A stretch of 63,922 nucleotides of DNA, counting the filler, from Collodictyon triciliatum (taxonomy: Eukaryota): assembly GCA_043381765.1 (NCBI GenBank). It is 6 parts of 6 records of this genome, joined end to end, with 100 filler letters (N's around TTAATTAATTAA, not from the genome) between each part and the next. Parts side by side here need not be neighbours in the genome. Positions count along the whole stretch, not along the records: positions 1 to 17,167 come from JBHJMP010002032.1; 5 more parts are not named here. One strand, 5' to 3'. Positions 1 to 11,600 of this stretch are shown piece after piece. Made by a program: the position numbers and the translations under genes. Each line of letters begins with the position of its first letter. The stretch's first letter is position 1. The notes beneath the pieces are model-generated. The model ran no database searches. It saw only the letters and a list, made by a program, of their open reading frames with translations, and was not told where the DNA came from.

Positions 1-169
1 GCAAAAAAGTAATAAAGGAAAATTAAAAAAATCATACATATAAGTCATCACAAACAATTTACCATAATATTTGTAAACTTTCATAAATAAACAAAAACAA
101 AAACAAAAACAAAAAAAAGAGGCACGCAAAAGCGAGGTTTGAGGGAGCTAACAACGGGACGCAATCAAG

Positions 170-3100
170 CCATCCTATGATATCTGAGACCACAACCGAT
201 AGCGACCAGGTGATTTTTATTGTCTGACGCTCGGATTGGAAAAGAGAGAGAAATCACACTAATTATATATACAAACAGACAAATTCAGTGTTGTGCATAT
301 TGCCTCTTTTAAAAAAATTTTAAATTATAATACTGATAAATCATGTTATATGAGAAGAAATCTCAATCTTTCAAGGATGACCAAAGTCAAACTGGGAAGA
401 AGAAGAAGAAGCGAGGCGACCAAGAGAACGCCTCCGAGTATACAACTTCAAGTAAAGAGAAAGTTCGGTAAGTGAACCAGCAATAATTGCAGATATACCC
501 ATTTTTGTTTAGGTCATGTTCAAAAGGCATCAATCCAAGTATTTTTAATGTTTTTTTTTTCAACTGACTTATTTAATCATCGCACAGGCTGCGTCTTCTC
601 AAGAATAAAATAAACCGTATTCGAAAAATTGACATTGCTCTTGACTCTAAAGCCGTCAATCGTTTCTCTTCGCTGCTCAACTTACTTCGTGTTATTTTAT
701 TCGTCATACCCATTGCAGGTAATTTTTCTCGTATATATGCCCCCAAATCTTAATTCCGTATCTACCTCTTTGAGCTCCAATCAAGTAGTTTGATATGCTT
801 TATCTGTATATGACTCCATGCTTTGATTAAAAAAATTCACATGAAAATTAGGCTTCGCTGTCTTCACTCACTCAATCAAGCTGCTTCAGTACAACGCAGT
901 GGTCTAAAATATTATTTTTTTAATTTTCAGAATAATAATAATGATAACGATAATAAGGTAACCAACCTCGAGCCAGGAAACTACGGATGCGCTTCAGACC
1001 CCACCTGCATTCAGCAAGCTCGCGATTCTGCACTCGAATATGTGCTAACGTTCCAGGATAATTATGTGAAGATGTACACAACATTGAATCCTTCGTTTAC
1101 CAAATTGAAAGACTACTGGTCAAAGGGGTCGATTAGCGTCCAGTTTTACACTGGTGAGTTTTTGAAGCCCGCAACAGAAACTCTGAGCTTTCTTGAGGCT
1201 CTCAATTACTTCAGCACCAGCGCAAATAACGTGTTGAAACTAGGTAAGAGAGCTAATCATTCACATTTCCACTACAAGTGTGTCATTATGAAACAGTTTG
1301 AATTAATTTTAACCCAGCCGATGCTTTTATGCAGATGCAAATACAGATTATTCTAAGAATGCAGATTATCTTTTTGTGACAAAGAATGGTCCTGGTGTTA
1401 TCTTTGATAGCATTGTCAAGCTGGAAAATATGCTTCTTGATGAGGAAGTGGTTATCATGAACCAGTTTTTCATTTCCATCGGCTGCTTGATGGGTACGAT
1501 GCTTGTTGCGATTGTGTGGGTTGCGTTATTGTGGGTTCCGAATTATGAGAAGGTCAGAGAAGAGGTCAGTGCACTGGGAAAGCTTCGTGAGATTCCACGA
1601 CCTGGTAAGAACGAAGCATTTTATTCGCGTCCAATATTACCAATATGTTAGACAGAAAATTGAATTCATGATGTCCTCAAAATGAGTCAGTTTATTAAGT
1701 ACTTATTTCTCTTTTCATGCCTAATTATCTGTTCTAGAAATCATCAAGATGTGCAATTTGTATCGTATGAATCGAGACAACCAAGAGGACGAAGAGTTTA
1801 CATCGTTTGCCATGAGCGTTCGGACGATGAAAAAGACTTACACATACCAACGAGTCTCTATGTTGTGCTCCGTTCTTTTTGCGATGCTTGGATTTGTTGT
1901 AGTCATTACAGTCGGGATCTACAAAGCCTCCTTGTGAGTGTGAATATATAAGCAAAGGAACAAACTCAGTGTCTTCTGTTGGATTAGTAGGCTCATGGCT
2001 TCTTATGATTTTTTTACACTCAATATGCTGTTGTATAATTACATAAGCTGCTAACCTTTATTTTTTATATCTCGGATAAGGTTATCACCCGTTGCGAACG
2101 ATGCTGCGTTGCGACAGTCATACAGCGCGTCAGCCTACTATAAACTGCGGGACCTTTACTTGACCGAGAATGTGACTTCCCACATGCGAGACGATTTGGC
2201 AGTGACGCGAGAAGTACAGCTACTTATTGATATCACTATTACGCCATCTTTTTCTTGTTCATTGCATTCCTCTTATCACAGGAAAATTCCCTTGCGTGGC
2301 TTTATTCGTGAGTTTTATATAAAGAAAGGATTTCATCCGTAGTAACAATATCGAATCACCATGCAGAATGTGATGACAACAAATAACAAACTTGTTCTTG
2401 CTTCATGGGGAAATGCTGAAGAAGAAAAATGGATGCTTGAGCGTTGCAGTGCCAATCTGGCCCTGGGTATTCAACGGTATATCATCTCGCTGATGTTTAA
2501 CACCATGCAGGTTGGAAGCCTTTTCGTTGAGGCATAAATATTTTTATTGTACTTATTTGACAATATTTGTTCATAAATTTAAGTTTTCTTCATAATCAGT
2601 TGATATTGATACTTAAGATGATTTTTTATTCAGGAATCCTACCAAGCTCTTCATTTATCCTTTCCTGATCGAATCAAAGCCGCTGCCACAAACTATTCCT
2701 ACGGAAGCTTTGATGGATTCATCATGGAATGCATGGTCAAAATACAAAAGCATTACAACGATGCGGCCATCCAAACTCGCAGCGATACCAGAACAAGAGG
2801 AAATGTGTACTTTTGGCTGATTTGGCCGGTGTTCTTCTTCACATTCGGTAAAATCATCTAAAAAATTAAAATAATTTATAATATTTGATGAATCCATCTC
2901 TAATCATTTTGCGTTTCAGAGACAAAACCTCATATTCATTATGGTTTAATATTTTAGAGTTTTCGTTTGTTTTTTGTTTGTTTTTGTTTGTTTTTGTTTG
3001 TTATTTGGTTATTTGTTTTTTATTTGGTTATTTGGTTATTTGGTTGTTTGTTTGGTTGGTTGGTTATTTGGTTGTTTGTTTGGTTTTTTTTGTTTTGTTT

Positions 3101-4548
3101 TTTGTTTTTTTGTTTTTTTTGGTTTTGTTTGTTTTGGTTTTGTTTGTTTTGGTTTTGTTTGTTTTGGTTTTTTTATGGTTTTTTATGGTTTTTTATGGTT
3201 TTTTATGGTTTTTTATGGTTTTTTATGGTTTTTTATGGTTTTTTATGGTTTTTTATGGTTTTTTNNNNNNNNNNNNNNNNNNNNNNNNNNNNNNNNNNNN
3301 NNNNNNNNNNNNNNNNNNNNNNNNNNNNNNNNNNNNNNNNNNNNNNNNNNNNNNNNNNNNNNNNNNNNNNNNNNNNNNNNNNNNNNNNNNNNNNNNNNNN
3401 NNNNNNNNNNNNNNNNNNNNNNNNNNNNNNNNNNNNNNNNNNNNNNNNNNNNNNNNNNNNNNNNNNNNNNNNNNNNNNNNNNNNNNNNNNNNNNNNNNNN
3501 NNNNNNNNNNNNNNNNNNNNNNNNNNNNNNNNNNNNNNNNNNNNNNNNNNNNNNNNNNNNNNNNNNNNNNNNNNNNNNNNNNNNNNNNNNNNNNNNNNNN
3601 NNNNNNNNNNNNNNNNNNNNNNNNNNNNNNNNNNNNNNNNNNNNNNNNNNNNNNNNNNNNNNNNNNNNNNNNNNNNNNNNNNNNNNNNNNNNNNNNNNNN
3701 NNNNNNNNNNNNNNNNNNNNNNNNNNNNNNNNNNNNNNNNNNNNNNNNNNNNNNNNNNNNNNNNNNNNNNNNNNNNNNNNNNNNNNNNNNNNNNNNNNNN
3801 NNNNNNNNNNNNNNNNNNNNNNNNNNNNNNNNNNNNNNNNNNNNNNNNNNNNNNNNNNNNNNNNNNNNNNNNNNNNNNNNNNNNNNNNNNNNNNNNNNNN
3901 NNNNNNNNNNNNNNNNNNNNNNNNNNNNNNNNNNNNNNNNNNNNNNNNNNNNNNNNNNNNNNNNNNNNNNNNNNNNNNNNNNNNNNNNNNNCAACTCTTT
4001 ATCCCGCGGCTCTCTGCCTGAAAATGCCGGTGAGGATGGGAGCATGGAAAAGGAGGGAGGCAAAGACATCGCCGATATTGTTGTGGATGTGCGAGAGGAG
4101 TTGGCGAGCGAAAATCCTGCTTATGTAGAGACTTCGCCAGCCGAAATATTTGGTATGTATCGCCTCATCTAATCAGATTGAAAAGAAAAGCATTTCAGTT
4201 TGGATACATAGCATATTCAACTCATATAATCTTTTATATTGTTTGAATGGTTTCATGTGCTTATTTGACTTACTTTTATTTGTTGGATGTGTTTTCCCAG
4301 ATGGCCAAATGTCTTACAGAAAAGACACAGACGATGTGATGGATGAGATTGAGAGAGAGCTTGCCGAGTCGCAGGCTGTGGCAGACAATGGAAGACCGCA
4401 GACGCAATGCGAAATCTGCAAGAGCACTGCAGCCTGCATGACACTTTATCCCTGCGGACATAACCAGTTCTGCTCGGCCTGCGTGGAAGGGAAAGCCCGG
4501 TGTCCGCATTGCCTGAAGGCCATCCAGTGGCGACAAATCAGCGAATAG
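170..4548 (+). CDS. Multi-exon multi-pass membrane protein (5'-partial; loosely reminiscent of TmcB/TmcC-like protist membrane proteins) with C-terminal RING finger; spans an assembly gap
   Basis: GT-AG exons with hydrophobic helices (FFISIGCLMGTMLVAIVWVALLWVP; VSMLCSVLFAMLGFVVVITVGIY). Last exon encodes CEICKSTAACMTLYPCGHNQFCSACVEGKARCPHC, stop TAG at 4546-4548. Joining across gap 3265-3991 is inferred. Confidence 0.55.
2955..3264. repeat. T/G-rich simple repeat ending in (GGTTTTTTAT)n, running into a gap
   Basis: Visible 10-mer tandem array, intronic. Confidence 0.9.
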
Positions 4549-5624
4549 CCGTGTGCCAACAATCCGACTTACACTGTTCTAATGGTTCTAATTGTTTTTG
4601 AATATTAATCACGAAGCAATCAAGAATGAATGAATTAGTATAAGAAAATAAAAAAATGATACGAAAACTTTACATTTAAAATGCTGGTTTTTATTTACTT
4701 CTTTTATTAATGTTACAAATTGTACTACATGTCACGATATGCCTTCGTCTTTAATTTTTTCTTTCTCTAACTGTCAGGGTTGTGATTAAATGATTCGCTC
4801 ATATAAGTTTGGAAAAATCATTATTAGTAATGATAAATATTCATTATTCAAACCTCTGTAGAGGACTTAACGACATTAATACGAGAATATGGAGTACAAT
4901 TTTTTTTTGGGAACTTAACCGGATGCTATAAATATTCAGGCTTCGCTATTTTTTCATCAGTTTCCTTTGATTTCATCCTTCCTTCTCTCGAATACGTTTA
5001 TGATTCTACTGCTTTGAAAAAGGAATCCAATCGCCGTCATACTCGACGAAAAGATTTATTTAATGGCGCATGCTATCTCGTCCTTGGTTGAGCTTGCAAC
5101 TCGAGATGGAACACTTATTCGATTAGTTTCGGACCCATTGCAACCAAAAAAAACGCGACAGCCTTCATCACGGGCGCGCCTTTTCAAGCTCCCCGGTCGA
5201 CAATGCGTTGGTCATCTACGCCGAAACGGTCCATAGGGCTGGGCACATATCTTGTATCCCGTTTGGAGTCAACAGGAACAGCGATTCCAAAGTCTGCAAG
5301 AGGCCAATCGCAATCGAAAACAAAAGAAGGATGGAGGGAATATACATGAACGATGCACTCGTTGCCATTGACGTAGTAGTAGTTGTAAAGTAGAAGTAGA
5401 AGCAGTAGGAGAGAGAAAAAGAGAAGGGAATAGCTGATTATTTCATTTGAATTCTTTTATTTGTATTCTTGGAGCGTTCATTTGGGAAAAAAGCTGTCAA
5501 GTCTGCTTGAAAAAACCCAGGAAATATCTCCATCTAAAGTGATTGTAGTTAAAGAACTTTTACATTAATGGGCGTTATCGATATTTCTCACCTCATTTAG
5601 CTGGGATTTTTTGTCTCCATTCAG

Positions 5625-8600
5625 CTACTTCGAATTGTCTTTCTCAACACCCCATCCATTTTTATAGCACTCAGCAACAATCGGAATAGCCTGTGGATAT
5701 TTGTGTCTTCCATACATAAGTTTCAATTCAGCCATTTCTTTCAAAACACTGAATGCGTCCTTCGAGCCTTGTTGTGCTAGTTGCTTCAATCTATCAAAGT
5801 CTAAAGACAATTTTGGGAAGGCAATGTATCTCCAATAATCCGCTCTCTTGGTGTCCTTCTCAACACCCCATTCATTTTCATAGCACTCAGCAATCATTTG
5901 AGCCTGGAACTTTGAGAACGTACCCAGCTCACAGTACGCAACAAGTTCTGCATCAAAGGAAGCAGCGCCGATTGAAAGAAGGAGGCTTTTGTTGAATCGA
6001 CTCAATCCTGCGACATTTCTGATTTGAATGTTTCCTCCTTCCAATTCTCTTGGGCCTATAATCTGGACTGTCTTCGCATCTAGGATTTTATTGACATCAA
6101 TCAAGCTCATCAGATCGTTCAGCTTGTCGAAAACTGCAATTATTTCTTCTGGTTTTTCTTTCTTAACAAGGTATTTTCCTTGGGTGTAGGTTACTTCTGA
6201 CTTTTGCAGAATATGCATTTGGTTTCCTGAGGCTGCATCCCAAATACGTATTGTTTTATCTTTACTTGCAGAAGCCAACCAGTTTTCACCATTCAGTCCT
6301 TGAATACTTCGAACAATATTGACTTCCTTTGTATGTCCTCTAAAAGTCTTGATTTGGTTTCCTGTGGCTACATCCCAAATACATATTGTTTTATCTCGAC
6401 TTCCAGAGGCCAACCAATCATCACCATTCGGCCCTTGAATACTGCAAACACTTTCAATTGGTTCTAAGTGGCCATATATTACTTTTAATGGTTTTTCTGT
6501 GACTACATTCCAAATGCGAATTGTTGCATCACTACTTCCAGAGGCCAACCAACTATCACCATTCGGTCCTTGAATAATGCAAAGACTGTTGACACCATGC
6601 TCATGACCTTTTAATGTTTTGATTCGATTTCCTGTGGCTACATCCCAAATATGTATTGACGTATCACTACTCCCAGAGGCCAACCAATTTTCACCATTTG
6701 GCCCTTGAATAATGCAAAAATTACTGGCAGCTCCTACACGACATTCCAACTTTTTGACTTGCTTCTCTGTGGACATATCCCAAATACGAATTGTACCATC
6801 ATTACTTCCAGAAGCCAACCAATTTTCCCCATCTGGTCCTTGAATACTGCAAACACTGGTAACAGCATCTGTATGACCCTCCAATGTTTTGATTTGATTT
6901 CCTTTGCCTACATCCCAAATACGAATGGTAGTATCCCGACTTCCAGAGGCCAACCAGTTTTCACCATTCGGTCCTTGAATACTACGAATAATCTTGACTT
7001 CCCTTATATGTCCTCTTAGTCTTATGATATAGTCTCCAGTGACAACATTCCAAATGCATATTTTTGTATCACCACTTCCAGAAACCAACCAGCTTTCGCC
7101 ATTCGGTCCTTGGATGCTGCAAACACTTGTGATGTGATATTTATGCCCTTTTAATGTCTGAATTTGGTCTCCTGTAACTACATCCCAAATATGCACCTTC
7201 AAATCATGACTTCCAGAAGCCAACCACTTTTCACCATTAGGTCCTTGAATAGCGCAAACACTAGCAACATAATCTGTATGACCCTCTAATGTCCTTATTT
7301 GAGTCCCTGCTGCTACATCCCAAATTGATATCGTTTTATCATGACTTCCGGAAGCCAACCAAATCTCACCATTTGGACCCTCAATATTAGAAAAACTTGT
7401 GACATAACCTGTATGACCTTCTAATGTTCTGATTTGAGTTCCTGTGACTGCATCCCAAATTCGTATTGTGCTATCATTATATCCAGAAGCCAGCCAATTT
7501 TCACCATTTGGTCCTGGAATAGAACAGACGGTGTTGACACTCCGCATATAGCCTTTTATTGCTATGATTTGTTTCCCTGTGGATACATCCCAAATACGTA
7601 TAGTCGTATCTTCACTTCCAGAAGCCAACCACTTTTCACCATTCGGTCTTTGAATACCACAAACACCATTAACACCTATTGCATGTCCCCTCAGTGTTTT
7701 GATTTGATTTCCTGAGACTATATCCCAAATTCGTATAGTTGTATCTTCACTTCCAGAAGCCAGCCAATTTTCTCCATTTGGTCCTTGAATACTGCAAACA
7801 CTGTTGACACCACTTGTATGCCCTTCTAATGTTTTGATTCGGTTCCCTGTGACTACATCCCAAATACGAATTGTTTTATCTTCACTTCCAGAAGCCAACC
7901 ACTTTTCACCATTCGGTCCTTGAATATTGCAAACACTATTGACACTGCCTGTATGCTCTTTCAATTTATCATGAGGAATTCCGAACTTCACATTATTCAT
8001 ATGCGCATTATCAAAAATACAATCACCAAGCATCGAATTCGTGAAATCAACGCCATCCAAGTTGGCACCAGTAAAATTTGCACTATCAACGATTGAGTTA
8101 CTGAGATTTGCATGTGGAATTTTGATGTTTGATAAATCCATTCCACTGAAAGAAATATTCATGAAATTCAAAATTGTGATTGCATTAGACGCAGCCTTTG
8201 ATTTGCTTTCATCAGTCTTTGACATGTAGACAATCTTGAATAATGATGCAATTATTTGCTCATGATTCCAATGGTCATCAAGTTTTGAATCATCAAGTGT
8301 TTCATCGATGAATTCCTTGACTCTTGTAAACTCGACAGGCTCTTTGTTGATTCCGATTTCTTTTGAATGGAAGGACAAGTATTCGCATGAGTTTAATGTT
8401 TTGGCGTGAATCCATCCGAGTTTATCAGCAAATCTGTCTTTCATATCAGCCCAGAATGCCACTGCTTCGTTATGCTGCTTATTTTCTTTGCAGTGTTTGT
8501 GTACAGTCTCACAAGCCACCCAACTGCTCCAGTTATCATAAGATGACTTTTCAGCATGTCTAACAGCTGCTGTTTTGTAAAGCGAAATAGCTATGTGGTG

Positions 8601-11600
8601 CTCATACTTTTCTTTCATAAACTTTGAAATTCTCGTACACTGGGATCCATCTTTTAGAGATAAAAGACTTCTTGACTCCTTCCTGATAGCAGCTGCCTTC
8701 TGGAAGTATTCAAGAACTTGGTCCAATCTATATTCATTCAAATTAGTGATTTTTAAAATGATTCAGTCAGAAATACCATTTAAAGAAATGAAGTTACCTT
8801 TGAAGCTCAAAGTTTGTTCTACCAACATTTTCAAGGGAAGTCGCATAATCAGCATTATTTTCGCCCAGTGTCCTCATGCGAATATCCAGTGTCTTTGTAT
8901 AGAACTCCAGAGCGCCCTTAAAACTAAGATAGAATAGATAGATAATTATTTTTTTTCAAAAGACAACTCACCATGATGAAAAAGAGTAATTCTTAGAGTT
9001 ACTCATTCAATTTGTGGCTGGTGTCTCCAATCATTTCGTAGCAGGAAACAACGTTCGGATGATTTTCTCCAAGAGCAGAGATGAAAACATCCAGCGATTG
9101 CTTTAATGAGCTTAAGGCTTCTGTTTCCCTAAAAAAAATTTTGAGTCTGGAGAATTTATGAAAGAAACTGTAGATGAATTTTATAACCTCCCACTAGCAA
9201 GATGAACTATCGCAATAAACTGAATTGTCGAGGCAACAGAAGCATGGTTTACTCCCAGCGATTTTTCAAAAATTGATATGGCTTTTTCGTAATTTTCAAT
9301 AGATTCTCCAAACCTTAGTGATTCAATCAGATGATTTTTCATAAAATAAATGCGTGGTGATATTGAAAATCAGCTTGAATCATATTATATGTTACTTTTT
9401 CTCAGCCAGAGAGACATGACCTTGGTTCTGGTACGATATAGCGACAAGAGGATGGTCGTTGCCAAGTTTATTTCGGCGAATTTCCATGGCCTTTCTGTAT
9501 TCAGTCATAGCTTGCTCTATCCTATTACAAAAATTATTCAGCATTTACACATTGTTGCGAATGTGCATTTTAATCACACCCTAATAAATGTCAAAAATTT
9601 AAAATCTTTGGAGTATTACTTTGACTGTTTCATATACATGTCACCGAAGCGGTCATATGACTGGGCGACTTGCAAGTTATTCTCGCCCAGCTTTTCGATT
9701 CTAAAGTCCAGTGAAATCTTGTATTCCTCAAGGGCTTCATGAATTCTATGCAAATAGTAACTTAGAATAAATATTTTCGTAAACTTTATCTAATTTTGAA
9801 GTGGACGACAAGATTCACCTATCTTGTTGCTGATATACGATTCCCATCTCCTCGTGGATTGAGGCAATGCGCAGAGAATTTCGCTCATTTTTCTCAATTG
9901 AATCAAGGCATTTCTTATAGTGCACCATGGATTCAGCCCAGCTGTTTTATTTTAATATTAGAAAATAATTCTTCTGCAGATTCAGAATCATTTATTGATG
10001 TATTGGTAAGGTAAATATGATTGGTTATGTAAGTTTCTTCACTTTTGTAGGTTCTTGAAGACACGACCGAGACTCAGGTAATCAGCAGTCTTTGAATCTT
10101 GATATAAAGTTAGACTCAATGTCTACATAAAATTTCTCTTCATGGTATAAATTATCCGAATACAGGGATTTGCAAACCTTCTGATTGGTGCTTTCCAAGA
10201 CGTACATTCAGAACAGACAACAGAAACGAATTCTCAAAAGACTCCAAGAAAAACTCAACAAGCAAGTCTCCTACTTTGTCCAAAGACTGGAAAATATGGA
10301 ATAAATAACTAAAATATTATCAATGACTATAAGCAACAATTTTGAGCTGTAATGTACTGATAACCTTCAAATATTAAACCATATCTATTTTACCTTAGCA
10401 AGACTTCCATAGACATCTTTGTAGTTTGCTGCTCCACTAGTGTTGATTGCTCTCCAGCATGTAAAGAACTCATAGCGATAACGACCACTGAGCATGATAA
10501 TGATTACCTGTGGGTATAGAAAAGAGTGAAAATCATTGAATAATGACTAAAAATAATTCAATAAAATTTCAAAATAAGATATAGCGAATAAATTTTGATT
10601 ACATGGTTTTGCTTCATGTATTCGACAAGCAAGTCAAACGAATTTCCTTTCAGAAGCTGGTAGCAAATCTCAGCAACAAGTTCCTCATCCGCATCGACTG
10701 TCTCAGAGTGTTGCCCAAACAACCATTTTCCATATTTTTTATGTGTATTTTCCATCTCTTGGTTTTCAGTGAAGTAGACTTTTTCGGTGGTCTCCAAAAG
10801 CAGCTGGTGGAAGTACATGTATCTATAACAATAAAAAAAATATCCAAATTTTATCAAACAAAATAATGGAGCTCGCGCAAATATACATAATAAGAAATGA
10901 GAAATAACATCAACCTTCCATTGCGGACGAAAAGCGACTCGATGAGGGTAAAAAAGAACGATTTCCTGTTTGAATAAACAATTGGATAAATATCTGAAAA
11001 AAAAAGAGGGAAACTGCATAATAAATTTGGAAATAAGCAAACCATTCAGAAAGCCTAAATCCTGTACCGACAGCATCTTTGATATACTTGTCCAAATCGC
11101 TTTCACTCATACCGATGCGAGAAACAAAAAGAACCTTCATCGAAAGGGAGACATAGTCGACCTTATCTGTCCCTTTTCCATCAGACAAGGAAACTGCAAC
11201 GTAAACAAAGAGCTATTTATAAAAAGTCGAAAATGTGATTCTTTTTATTGTTTGCAATATGAAACCAATACACACATTCCTTGTCAAACTTCAGTTGCCA
11301 GCGTTGGATAATGAGAGTGTAAAGCTCAATGACACCATTTGTCGAAAGCAGCGACAATAATTCATCATCAAGCTTCTCATAGACACCAAAGACTCTGACT
11401 TCATCCAAGATGATGCGAAGATAGAGTGGATGGCCTATAATAAATTCAGATAATTAGAAACTAAACCATTCCATGAAAATATTCATCTAAATATATGATG
11501 TTTGAAAATAATGTCTCACCAGTATCTTTCAAGTCAGCCAAAATCATTCCAACTTGCTTTTCGTTCAGAGTCTTGTCATAGCGTTTGAGAAATGTTTTGA

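Noticed and set aside
2885-4172. Long Phe/Leu-rich, poly-N, poly-RN, poly-Y and X-containing ORFs (also 17475, 25461, 43762, 51550, 62476, most of 63174)
   Set aside because: They are translations of microsatellites and N gaps.
6220-7967. CRISPR-like regular repeat, or a bacterial contaminant ORF
   Set aside because: The 135-nt period is an in-frame WD40 unit without unique spacers, and the exon splices in frame to eukaryotic TPR exons.
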